DNA from: Pocillopora damicornis
Taxonomy: Eukaryota
DNA: 64,000 bases
Assembly (NCBI RefSeq): GCF_003704095.1
Contig: NW_020846320.1
Location: forward strand, 62,001 to 126,000
Reading direction: 5' to 3'
Each line of letters begins with the position of its first letter. The first letter of the stretch is position 1. Positions 23,661-37,100 of the stretch are shown one piece after another. The notes below the pieces were generated by a model. The model searched no databases. It worked only from the letters and a program-made list of their open reading frames with translations, and was not told where the DNA came from. The position numbers and the translations under genes are program-made.

Positions 23661-26600
23661 CGGAACAAGCCGCTAAATTTGCGAATCGAGCCAGCTGCAG
23701 AAAACGATACCTTGAGATATTGAACTGAATGATGGAACGGAGAAACAGTGGATCGCCAGAAGGCCTGAATATCTTAAGGCGCGGAATGAAGGAATATCCT
23801 AAAACGTAGAATACCTTTTCGTATGAAGCAAAAGTCTCAAAAATGGAATTGCAATTAAAGTTAAGTTAAAAGAAGCATTGGTAATCACTAATAATTATGT
23901 GGGATGCGGCAGCTTTTCTGTCTTGCATGGGATACAAGTATTCTACATCACTTCCTACTAGCGTCATTATACAACCTCTAGTTCTTTTTGATGCTATAAC
24001 AACTGCCCTACACCAGTAGCCACATGCAATCTTTGAATGTCTTTATTTGTATTTGAGTTCTACATTCATGTAGCTCCGGTTACCCAGTTACAACCGAACA
24101 AATAAAGCTAGCAAACGAGCGCTTTTTGCTTCGGTATTTAGCATGGCTCACTTGGAAAACGAAGACAAATTAAACTTGAACTGTATACCGAGCCATCCTC
24201 ACAATTACGGCTGCCAAATGACGCAAGAAAGGTCACCATAGAAACCACTTACTTTGTTCATCATTTAAATTTGTCACCACCTAGGTCTTGTTGTTGGCTC
24301 CGGAAACAAAGTGAATTGGGCTCCTTGGGGATGCACAAAAATCCACTCTTTGTGTAAGTCTTGTTTAATCATTGTTTGTTTTATTCTTTCAACTGCGTAA
24401 TAATATGTTTGTAATCAATAATTAAAGTTACTTTCGGTTAATTCTCGATAATTTTCTGATTGCTATCAATTACTCCCAACTGATTACATTAGGTATAGGC
24501 TGGTGTGTCCAGGGTTGAGGAACGAAACAATCAGGAAACACTGCAGGAAACTAGAAAATGCTCTCTTAGCGCATGTTCAACGTAAGTAGCACAGTAATTA
24601 AGCGGCAGATATTTTTGTGCAAAGATGTAAGTATGCTTGCCTCGTGCATTGCCTCGTGTCGCGTAGATATTCCTGGAAAAAATATGATTCGGCTGTTGTA
24701 GCGGTGGCAATTGCCAGTCACGATACTCGCTCAACTAGGCTTTGCGTCGTGTCGCTGAAGAATCTATATTACACTGAACCTTATTTCAGTATTTTAACAA
24801 AGTAGCAAACGGATCTCTCGGGTTATACCGATACTTAAGCTTTCCTCTTCGACTTTTTAGGCCACCGATAACGTTACTAAAAGGTCTCATACAGACTTTT
24901 TCTGGTTTTGAAATTGAAAGGAAGATGTCTCCGCTCATTATTTAAAAGCTTCGCAACTGCGTTTTATTCAATCTGCTTCAATCGGGTGTTCAAACCTATT
25001 GGCCAAAGTCCAATGCTGGGCGCCAAATCGACAAAAAAGAGACGCTAGCCGTACGCTATGATGTCAGGATAATAAACCCGTCAAAGTTTGTCTGTCTGAT
25101 GACTGTCTGCAATAAAAAAAAATCCTGTTTGTTGTATTTCTTTAAATGATCAATTCTAGACTGAAATTTCCCAATATGGTAATGTCTTCAATATTACGTG
25201 ATGTTCTAAGACCCTTCCAACGCGATAATTTTCCCGCCTTTTTCACTCGCGGTTGCCACACGCCGTGTTTCCCGCTACTTTATGTGAGTGCGTCCTTCCT
25301 GTTATTCTTCAACTGTCTTCGCCTGTTTACATAACCTCTCATCGTAATCTCGAGTAACATAATACTTCACAAACAAAATCTCTTATTTTCGCATTAACTA
25401 ATGCTGTATTTTTGTTGCTTCAGTGGTAATCTGCTCAAGCACCTCCTCGGTTTGGACTGGAAACTTTCACCGACCGCCGGATTGCTTTTGAAAACAAACT
25501 GAGTGAAGGATAGTTGCAATATTTTCACGTACTGAGGTAAGTGTTAAAGTTTTGACATCTCACGAAACAAAAGCTCAAAAGTGTACGTCTTAAGAGCAAG
25601 GACAAAAGGTTAAGGAAGAGACATTGTTCAATTCCACACCTACAGTGTGTAATTCAACTCATTCGTGAATCGGAAAAATCACTTTCCCGGCCATGGAATG
25701 GTATAAGTCATACAACCAACGTTTATTCTCATAACTTTCTCAAGCCTGATGAAAAATAGGAACTGGAGATCTCTATTCCTAGTAAATGGAAATATTTCAG
25801 GCGCTCAAGTGTGCGAACAGCTGAAAATATACGGCGAAAGCTTCAATGTTTGTCGCTTCGTTTCGCCATCATCGTACTTTGAATACTCTGCACTTTGGGA
25901 TGTCGGCGTGTATTTTGAAGAGGTTTTGCTGGTTCCGGCCGATTGCATGCCGTTAAGTGTAAAGCAATTTCCTAACTTATTGTGATTTAAAACCAACAAG
26001 TGCAGAAGCTCGGATCAGATAGCAAGTAGGAAAATGTATCAAATTCTTTATAATATCTCTCAACTAGAAAATATAGTGTTTACTTTGGGTTTGATAATGA
26101 CATTTTAGGCTTATTTTCACTCTGTTTTATAATATCGAGGGTATTCTGCTCGAAGGGAGAGATTCAAAACTGTTTTTAGAATTAATACGTACGTTATCAC
26201 TATTATCAGTGTTTTACAACTAGCATTTCAAAGCAGCTGGTAATTTGGCTTAACGAGTCTGATCTAATCTCTGTGTCGATTAACCAAACAAACTTGATTT
26301 AAAAGACCTTAAAATTAACAAAGCATTCACAAAAGACCCAAAGTTCTTGACGGCACATAACATTATCTTTTCCATAATTCACTGCTTTTCCAATTCCAAC
26401 TAATGTACAGTATATGGTCACTGTAATCTATATCTTTTGATGCCGTGGCCCAGCCCTCTATGTACCGGTCTCGCTTTGTGCTCGCTTAATACTTTAATAC
26501 TCTTATGAATTAGGCTTACTGCACGAAACGAAAACAATGACTACATGTCAGTCGTTAATCTACCAAGAAAATATTCAGTGATAAAATCAAACAAAAACAC

Positions 26601-27504
26601 GATTACAGTCCACTCTAATTTGCCGCTAATTTGTTGCCCATAATTTGTCAGCGACATGTCTCTTTTAGCTGAAAGGAATTTCCTGAAAACGTGTGCTCCA
26701 AAAAAAGATAAAATTCTTTATTCTCTCCAGACAATAGACGTCGGATATGGCAATCTCCTCAATCCCGAATACTGTAAACCGCAGATCATTCAAAGAGATA
26801 AATTTATGCATTTTGCATCATACAGTAATGTGAATTCCATCACTCGTGAACCACGGCAAATCTAGTCAATGCCGAACAATTCAGACTTTCCGATGCATGT
26901 GACACTATATTTTTACCATGACTAACTGTGTTAGCCTTCATAATTTTAGATATGATTCCTTCGCTCGCCGTTGTCTTGCAAGCGCACTGAGGGATGTCCT
27001 GGCTTAGGTTTACCTTATCTTGGCCTCAAATAATCGAACTTTACTCTACTCTCTATTTTCTGTGGGGCTTAGATTGGTGTTTGCGTGCAAACGTGATGTA
27101 ACACATCGTTTGATTTGTGTCAAGTTGTGGGTGTTAGAGCGTCCTTGGAGGGTTCCAACCTTTCTGCAAAAAACTGTGAGTGCTTCACTGTCTTCCTCGA
27201 ATTAAATCATCCGCGCTGCCATACATGTATGCCTTATCTGCAAGAGATCTTAATGCGAAGAAGAAGAGTTATTATTACAGTTGAGATTTCAAGAGGAAAG
27301 CCATCTACATTTGCGTAGCGAGAGATCATATAACTTGTCCAATACGGCGCACGTGGTTTCGACTTCTTTTCAGTCACGCTTCAGCAACTGTGAAGTCCTT
27401 ACTGAGTACATACTTCATGTTGAAAATGTTGTTGTTAATCATGGTTTCATAACCAAATGAACGTTTAATCGTTTGTCTCACGATGTAAGAGGCAGGTAAA
27501 CTGA

Positions 27505-27547
27505 TCGCAACGTTTCGACTGCTATACAGCTGGTCTTAGTCAGGCGA
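27505..27547 (-). ncRNA. Degenerate minimal hammerhead-ribozyme-like motif
   Basis: Minus strand tcgc-CTGACTA-a-gac...gtc-GAAAC-GTT-gcga; stems I and II pair, core has one mismatch. Confidence 0.4.
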
Positions 27548-29048
27548 AGGTCGAAATGTTTCCCTCGTGAATTGTTATTAGATGTCGGTCTTAACAGCAT
27601 TGTTAAGCTCTGGTTGTAAATTATTATTCTGTTTCTCTAAGAACGCATTTCGGTGGTTTTCGCAATCTTATTTAGGATCTACCTTTGAGGGAACTAAACA
27701 GAAGCTCTATTGATTTTAAGCAGATGTATAGCTAACGTTGGCGCTGTAAGTTTCTTGGACAGCTAACCGTCTGTTTTTTTTCTTTCGATATGGAGAAAAA
27801 GCCCTAGGCGTGAAGAAGTTGAGACAGATGAAACAATAAAATAACACCACACATAATGTGACGGCCCCTCCTCTCTCAAATTAAGATGTATATACTTGCC
27901 ATCCGAAGCTCGCGAGGGGGAAAAGAAAGGGAGAAACATTTTTTCACGCATGCAAGGCAGCTATTAATACAAAGTAAATTTCTTACGGATAACCCAAAAC
28001 TGATGTTAAGTATCCTTAGCTGTAATTGATTTACGCGATGCGACCAAGATTGGCACTGTACATCTTAACATGTAATTGGTGCCTGATGTAAATAGCTGAC
28101 ACAAGAAACGTTCTGACATTCATTTTCCAAATTTTAGTAAAAACGACAAATGAGTATTTACGGTATTTAAGACAGTCGTTAGATCTTAGCAAGGGGATAT
28201 TAGCGTATAATTCCAGTATTACTTCGAGCGAGTTACCGAAATCATACGCGGCTAAAGAGACAACTTTCGACGGTCTTGGATGTGAAACGAGGTTGGTGAG
28301 TGGTACTATATTTCTGTGTCTGCATGGTAATCGTAGCAACAACAGCTGGCATAGTATAGTCAAGAAAAATCTCGGAAAGGCCGCCCTGTTAGCGAGTTAG
28401 CATGGGATTGAAATTAGCAATCTATTCAATTGTGCAATCAACCTCTCCTCAGTTATTCTTTATTTTTTTCTATCTTTACCTTGGCATTTTGCTGATAACA
28501 AATTTACCCACTGTCTGATCTATCCTCGAGTATGAATAAAGGCAAACGTGCATTCACGCAATACATTGTGCGAGTGCTGGGGTGCTGGACTTATAATTTT
28601 AAACCGAATTGATTCTCCCGTTTAGATGCAGCGGAACTGTAAGGAAGTTTCATTAATCCGAGTGCGATTTTTGCTTTATTAAGTGAAAGAAGAAAGAAAT
28701 CTGTTCCAACTTCCAGTGACAATTTGGAATTATATTTCATGTGCATATACTACACAGGGGACCAAGCAGTCTGCACGATCGATGACTTGTTAACTAGCAA
28801 CAGACCGCCTCAGCTTTTAGCAAGAGCGCCAAAGATTTTGCCGCTTTTTTTATACCTTGACCTCAGACCTCTTACCAAAATGTCGCTATCATCTTTTAAC
28901 GCATGAGATACATTTCGATAACTGCAAACAGGCGGTCTCTCGCAAGGGAAAAGCCGAAATTCACATCAAACGTATTTCAAAATAATTTGGCTTCTTAGAC
29001 CATTATGGTACCTATTGGGCCAGGTTCGAACTCTGTTATTATTTAGGT

Positions 29049-29285
29049 GGTAAGTTTCTAAAGAAACTGCGGCACTGTGTCGGTGGGGGGTACTAGGGGG
29101 ATGATTTGGTTGTACCAACTGAGTTGATAATGTAAGTAGGCCACCGTAAGGGGTATCTAAAGCTGACTTTTCGAACGTTAGCCCTCCGTTATTCGCTCTG
29201 ACGAAAGCCTAACACTCGAAACGTCAGCTTCAGAACTCTCTACAGTTCCCTTTCATCGACGCAGTTGATAAAACCAAATTATCCT
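29049..29285 (+). mobile_element. Non-autonomous repeat containing a minimal hammerhead-ribozyme-like motif (Penelope-like-associated type)
   Basis: Inverted repeat agctgac..tttcga.cgttagccct / ctgacgaaagcctaacactcgaaacgtcagct; CTGACGA at 29198-29204, GAAAC-GTC at 29218-29225. Confidence 0.6.
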
Positions 29286-32200
29286 ATTGCTAGTTTAGTT
29301 CAGCTCCAGACAAATCTGCGGATTCTAGTCTCATTCTTTGGTCCACATTTATTGCAGAGTCAAAAACTAGACCTGACATTCTTATAACTACTTATTGAAC
29401 CAGCGCCCACACATAGAGGACGTTAGATCAAGGCAAACATTTGAAAAAACTAAATTTATGTTTCTGAGAGTTCAAGAAATGGTTAAAGATTCTAATGAAT
29501 ACGCACTTCGATAGCTGTCAAGACAAAGGTCAGGAAAGTTACAAATTTTGATCGACTTCAACCTTCAAGATTTCCTTTGAGAAGTTTCCGGGGCGAAACT
29601 GGCATGGAGACTTTAAAGGTTCGTAGATTAAAGTTCAACAGCCATTTCTTGTTTTCATGTTTTGTCTGCGAAATAATCAAGACTCTTTTCGAGAAATCTC
29701 GGTAAAAATTTTCTTTACCCTCCTCTGGAAATTCAAAGTTCGATGATGTAAAAACGGAGTATATCATACACTCCGTCTAGCAGCCCCATTGACGAAAACA
29801 GCAAGTTCTCCTTGAACAACCGAGCAAACGTGCTTAATTTCCCGATTAACAATTTGATAGGTAAGGAATTACACTTGGATCTCAACATCTGATATCAATA
29901 TAGATCCGCCCCTTTTTGCGAACTTGGCCCTAGTTTCTCCAGAGCAGCTGACCACAGAAAAAAAATCATTAGTAAACGATGAGCTACTTAATTGTCTTTA
30001 ATTGGGCTTGAAGACACTCCGTCGCCCTGTGCGTTTATAGTAATTGTAAAGAAGCACTGTAACAAGCTTCTGCTACGTGTTCAAAATGTAACACTAAGAT
30101 TCTTTGAACTTTATCTGACCTTGAAAGAAGCGAGGCATATGAAAGGGTGAGTCATAACGTGAATTCTGATGTACTGCCCCCAAAACAGGTGTTTTCAATT
30201 TCTATTCTCTGTGATCCTTTGTCTAACTGCTTTCACATTGTGGTACGCATGGGTTTTATACTTTGAAGATTCTGTATCTCTTTGTTTTTTGTTAACTTTG
30301 TCTTATTGTTCAGGTTTAAGAAATATTTAATTTCACTGTTTTAAAAGGTCCAATAAAGGGCAGTACACCAGTCAAAGGTTTGCTTTAACGTCAAACGTGC
30401 CCAACAGTAGTTCATAAACGGTTTATTGATAGTTTTGTTCGCTTTCCCTCTGTTACCATTGAACTTTTTTATATGTTCGAAATTAGACTAAAACTGATTC
30501 GTTTCTCGTAAAGTGCGCCAAAATATTTTGCATGTAACTGCTCGGTAAATATCTTTGCAAACTGAGACCGTATATTCGAAGCCAGTTTTTCTCAAAAATA
30601 CATCTGACGTCTGAAAATTGTTAAGCTAGTTGAAATGTTATTGCTACAGGTGACTTAATCAATCTTCGAAGGAATTCGCCATCACTGCTCTGCGCGTGGA
30701 GTGAAAACCGAGCAAACTCAAATAAATCAGCATGTCTAACCATTCATTGAAGGCTCTTCAAACTAAATGTCGTTGAATAACCGAAAATGCTTGGTTTCAT
30801 CAAGCGTTTTAAATGCATTTAGAGGCTGCAAATTCTAAAAATTTTGGTTATCTCTTATATTTAAATTCAATCCAAAACACCCCGGAGAGTACACCATATT
30901 GATTTTTTAGCTTTTTCTTCTTTGCCTACGCAGTCTGATATTTTCCTCGCAGATACAAGTTTGGTATTGGCTTCTTGTAAAAGACTTCTGCCAAAGAGGC
31001 GTTATTTATTACACGAATATGAATAACAAAACATTCATTTATCTGACAGTTCTTCAAATATTTTTGTTCGCTCACCAAACAGTTGTTGTACAGTTATCAC
31101 GTTTAGTTCTATTGGGCACGCGAGGGACGACTCTTCACACCATGTGGTACCAGCCATTGAATTAGGTCTCCATGTCCTGTTTTTATCGCATTTCTAAGTA
31201 TTCTTCATATCTTTTAACTTTATTCAAATTTTGAGCATTACTATGAGACGGTTAATTAACTTTCGGTGAAATGGAGCTGTTTGAAAAGTCTTTCGCCGTT
31301 CTGAACTCCTGAGTATAACGAAAAACGTTTAAATATTATTATCATTACGCAAATTAAAAGTAGCTGATAAACAATCTTCCTCCGGGAAATAAGTTTAAAG
31401 TTATATCCAAACAGCAAGCAATAAAGTCTTTCAAATTTATATGTTTCCATGTGGGAGGTCATTTGACCACAAACAACTGAATACTTTTTGTATGTATTTT
31501 ACTTTTATTGGTTATTGTTCTTTCTTATCTTAAGAGCTCGTGTGTTTCCGAGTATTAAATACGCTTATTCCTGCACGATTACCAAGTTAGTTTTATGGAG
31601 AGGGTGAAATGTTGGATAGGAAAGAGGAAATTTGGTATTTTTATGCCCATCAAAGATACGTAATTGTCGAAAACTTCTTTGAGAGTTATTGTGACTTATG
31701 CAGGTTTTTTGGTCAGTTAACCTGGCGAAGCTTATGAACAACGAGTACTGACTATATTCCAAACCGTACGAGAAATAATAATAAATACAGAGTTAAAGAA
31801 TGAAAGAAAAATTAAAAGTTCTCATGATGATCATTCTCCTAGGAAATGCCGAATTACTATGTAAACTAAGAAGAGTCTCTACAAGAATTGTATTTGTTTT
31901 TGCATATAACCATGCCATAACAGTTCTTCAGCAATTTCCACACCCCAAACTACTTGAAAAATAGTAGCGAGTCATCTTTTTTGAATTCTTAGTAGCAATG
32001 GAATTTTAATCGAATGAAAACCCAAACTTTTAGGCTTGTTAGTCGCGCTACGTACCAACATGGCAAATTGGCTATTCAAAATTATAGCTCAACCGTAAAA
32101 ATCTACTAGTTTCTAGTTTGCAGTTTGCAAAACTGTTTGTTCTTTTTTCTCCACGATGGCGTCTGTGGTTCTCTGAGAAAGAAAGTAGGGTTGCAGGTTT

Positions 32201-34192
32201 TTTTTTCAAGGTTGAAAGAACCAGAATTTCTACTTTCTTTTATTGTTTTTAGGCAACAACGGCCTCTTCAAACAAGAAAGCCCTCGAACGATCAATAATA
32301 ACAAGTCTAATATGCGGCACGTGGCCGTGAAACTAAACACATAATAATTCGTACATAATCCTCTTTTATCCTTATTGTCCGGCGTTCTTTTGCTTCAAAC
32401 ATTGCTTTCCCGACCACATACCAGCATATTTCGCAGGTTTGATGTACCACGTGGTGGTAAATAAATTTTTAATGTTGGGACAGTTTGTGGCCAAACTAAC
32501 ACGAACCTCAATTCATGTAGTGTCCATTACTGAAGGTGTAGCTTATTAGCAGCTGATCGCTATCCGAAACGCCGAGTGCAATTTCATGACAATTTCCCCG
32601 AAAAGTAAATTTTCCATTGAGACGAGTATAAATCAAATAAAGAATGACAAGACAATTAAGCGCGAGTTTTTATTGAATAATGTTATTACGCTGACAGAGA
32701 TGGGTTATTAACCTTTTGTTTCAAAATGTCCTAAACACGATTTAATTGGCAGGCCATGAATCGCTTGCGTAAATAAATGTAGTTTCTTAATTACTGAGAG
32801 TAGATGAAACAAGAATGTCAAAATATTGAAGTAGATCTGTCACCTGTCCGTGGAAATGTGAATTTGTTTTAAATTATCTGGTCTGCACACAGTGGGTTAC
32901 TTCATAACTAGACAAACGTTGCAGAGAAACTAATATCACGGGCGACAATTTTCAAAGGATAAACTGGAGATATCGAAAACTCTCGTATCTCTCCTTACAG
33001 CGCGAATATTCAGTCATTACTAAAGCTTTTTGTTTTATGAAATTTTTATCGATGAAAACAGCCGTTTTACATTTCGACCACTTTCCTTTGATATAATGCT
33101 TTGTAACGAGTGAGAAATAGAAATCATTTTAATTAATCTCACGGAGAACGCCAGTAAATAATCGTTCCCGAGTTCGTAAGTTTTTTTCGGACAAATATAA
33201 GAAGTTGTAACTATGGAAATTCGCCTTTCTTCCATCTCCGGCAAAAATGTCCTGTTTGTTTCACTCTGTTTCGTTGTTTAATCCAACTTTATGCTCTGAA
33301 TATAGAGGCTGCGAATCGTTTTCCCTCCGCACACCCTGAAAAATTAATAACAACCACTACAGACTGGACGGCAATTAGGAAAATCAAGAGCGGAAAAAAG
33401 TATTTTCCAACTGAATCGCTTCGCCTTGTTTGATGACTTGTTTCAATATTTTCTTGTGCTGTCACAAACCAGATATTAGGTCGCCTTGTCAAGAATTTGA
33501 ACGGATACACAAGTATCAAAAAACACATACTTGTTTCGAATGTGACAATTACCGGGCATTCTAGTCCAATTAGCATCGAGGATGCCCACAACTTCTGTCC
33601 TTCTGTCCAATTGATTTAGTAATTATTCATACGCGAAACGTCAGCTCAAGAGAAAGTTGGATAAAATATCCAAAAGAGGAGTTATCAGACGTGAAATCTA
33701 TTATTGTGCTCTTGTGCTGCATTCCCTTACAGCGGCAAACTCGCCGTTTCAGCATGGCCCCAGTGAAAACGGTAATTGTCAATGCCTCTCAGCGCTGCCT
33801 GAGCTTTTTGCATAGATCAATAAACCGGCTAACTGGGATAATTAATTTTGAAATGGACAAATGGAATAGTGTTCTCCTCTTTGTAACTGGGTGAGATTAA
33901 ACGTACAATATGCTTTGTTATAGCTGCGCTTTATAATTTCTTTATTTTTTCTCTTTATTTTTCGCAGCCCGGGGACATGCTGGCTCGGGCGTAGCGATCA
34001 AAGGAGTCTCATTATTCACCAACATTGTTTAGCGATATACGAAAGGCTGGTCAATGGTATAAATAAGGAGACCAGCGCAGAGGAGGCAATGAGCTTGGTC
34101 AAGCTTTAGACACGGATGGCAGCTGTTGTTAATGTTGATTTGAAGAGCAAAAAAGAATCGGGTTGGACGTTCGGAAAGGGCACCCACGCAAA

Positions 34193-37100
34193 ATGTTTAC
34201 GGTCGCAACACTCTGTTTGTTATTTCTGGCACTGATTACATCGTACGGACATGGTGAAAGATACACGAGGTTCGACGGATCAACATATGTCACGTATTCC
34301 TACAAAGGAGAGCAGCGAACTCTTCCAAACAACATCCGTCTCGTGTTCCGAACGATCAAACCTTCTGGAATACTTTTACACGCGACCAGCGGCGGAGACG
34401 ACTTCATAACCCTTGAGCTCCTGCGTGGAAAAATCAGGTATGTAAGCCTGTTAGGTAGTTTCCACTTATCTAAGTTAACATCTTGGTCTGTTCTCTCGGT
34501 GAAGTGGGATGTTGATTATTTTTTTTAAAGCAAGAGCGACATTCGTCAAATGTCTTTGGAAACTGTTCAATAGGGAGCCTAACCTAAACTTGGCACAGGC
34601 GCATAAGTGTTTTATTCAACGCGCTTAGGTTAAGAGCGGAGTAAACTTCCAAGGCTACTTATAAAACAAGGCTATCCGTTTATCTTTTTTATAAGCAGGA
34701 GACTTCATTTTATGCACGTAATAATTATTGGTAATATTTGGTCGAATTTGTGCAGGCCCACGCTGGGAAATTGTAAAAAGAAAATGAAATTATTCTGATA
34801 AAATAGGGATAAAATATTTAGTTGAAAATTTCATTACTCCGCCTTATCAAAGGCGAGCAGTCTTTGGTTGAAAGAGAGGATTAAGAAACCCTGCATGGCG
34901 TGCATCAATCCATGGCAAAAGAATAAAAACGCTTGTACATAAAATCCAAGTAGTTAATAAAGACAGACTGATCATCCTTTGTTTTTTGGAAGGTTTGAAA
35001 TGTAAGCTTGTTTTACATCAAATTCATACAACATCAGTCGTGAAATTTTTATAAAGAAGAGTGGCCCGGATCGGCTGATAGTGTTTTACGGTTTTGCCGG
35101 AAAGAATTTATTTTCATTACTTTTGATTAGTTCGTCATGGAATCGAATTTCATTTGATTTTCTATATTTCCGTTTACTTTATTTACGTCAGTTTGTAAGC
35201 TGTAAAATCAAAAAACGTCTCACTGGTAAGTCTCGGTAATTTGTTTTTTGTGGCTTCTGTGTCAGGGATCCCTGCTGTGAGTTATTCACGTTTATCCAGA
35301 TTTTTTACGTCGATCCGTTACTTTTTCTATGTACTCTTTTCTAAACCTATAAACCCCTCATGTAAGTAGCTACAAACTATTACAGTCGTCATTTCAACAT
35401 TATGACAGAAACTGTTTCACCAGGAGGGTAATTACAAAGAGAGATGAATTGTGTGTACTCGAAGAAAGCCACTCTGGCTGCACCTGCAATAACTTAGGTA
35501 TACGCAGACGCAGTTCAGTTAGTACATCATAAAATATTTATGTCGACTGTCCTGTTTTCTTAATGTAAGTCACAAGACAATGCTACAATCAAAGATAACT
35601 ATTTTATAAAGTCTGTTTTTAAAAGCAGTGAGTGCTAATCGCAGCTCGTAACACTTAATTTATAACAAATCATCGCGAACTGAGAGTTAAATCGGCGCCA
35701 CCGTTGACAAAATCCTTGGGTATTCTTTTACTCTAAGGTCGACCAGTATGCTTTGTACTAATGCATGTTTTAAATTGAAAACAAACCGAATTTCGAGTGT
35801 CACCTCCCGTTACTGAAAGTTTTTCTTCTTTCCGTGGAATGAAGTCTACAATGAATTGTGTCTTTGAGGGAAATTTTGCTCAATGGAATTATGTTGTTTA
35901 GCGTTATCTGATGGATATTTTGGCCTCCAAAGCAGTTTTCAAGCTGTATACAGAGGAATTACGCAGGATTTTCATAACTTTGCATAAGTTATCAGTTCAA
36001 TCAAGTAGATTTTTAAGATTCTAGAAACCTCTAGAGTTCATAGAGAGACGTGTTGTCTTTAAACTTTCAGTTAATCATATTAAATTTTATTGAGACATAC
36101 AAATGTATTATTCATGTTCAAAACATTAAACGCAGTGCCACGTAGTTTTTCTGACCTAACCTAAAAATTTATGTTACATCGGTAGCGATCTCAAACAATA
36201 ATCCAGGTGAACATTTTTTGAAAAAGACTGCCTATACTCGATAAAAATTTGATTCAATTTTTTTGTATAACATTCTCGAAAACTGGGTACGATATGAATG
36301 CATCAATTTCCTAAGTTGTTTCAGAATTTTCAAGATTCGCTTTTATTGGTGGAATTATAGAAGAATTTGCACCTCCCTAACATGAAGATAAAAATGATAT
36401 TTTTGGTCTTATGTGCATCTCTGGTCTAATGATATCACTGTTCAGATCTAATTTAAAAGGATATGGATCTACAGGCACTAGAACAAATTTACAATTAACA
36501 ATACCGGTATTTTCACCACGCTTTTAACAGGTGGCTCCAAAAATCGCCTTAGCGATTCTTACTAATATTAATAATGGTGTGTTTTGTTTATTTTTGAGGT
36601 CAAAATCTTATGGATTCTTCTGAGAAAACTGAGATGATGACGATGTGATTGATGATAGTTATTTTGATTCGTAAATAATTTTGTCTCAGTTGATTCAATT
36701 GTCCTTTTCCCATTTGATAGGTATTCGATGTCTGACGGGAGTATGCAGAATATGACTACTGGAATAGTTTCTAATGTGTATTTTGGAAAAGTCGTTGATA
36801 TGGCGAATAACGAATGGCATCAAGTGGATTGGATTAAACAGACAACTAATTCGTGGATTCTTTACGTTGACGCCTCATCAGAAATGATCAAAGTCCCTGG
36901 ATTTCACTCCAGGACTTTTGCAGATCAGACGATTTACCTGGGCGGTGTTGACGTTGATAGGATAAAGTCAAGGCACCTACTTTTAAGCGACCGTGATTTT
37001 GTTTCCTTTGAGGGTTGTCTCCAAGACGAACATGTGACTGTAGACGACCTAATGCTGCATAATTTCACGAGAGTAGGAAACGAAACTTTGCCAGACTGCA

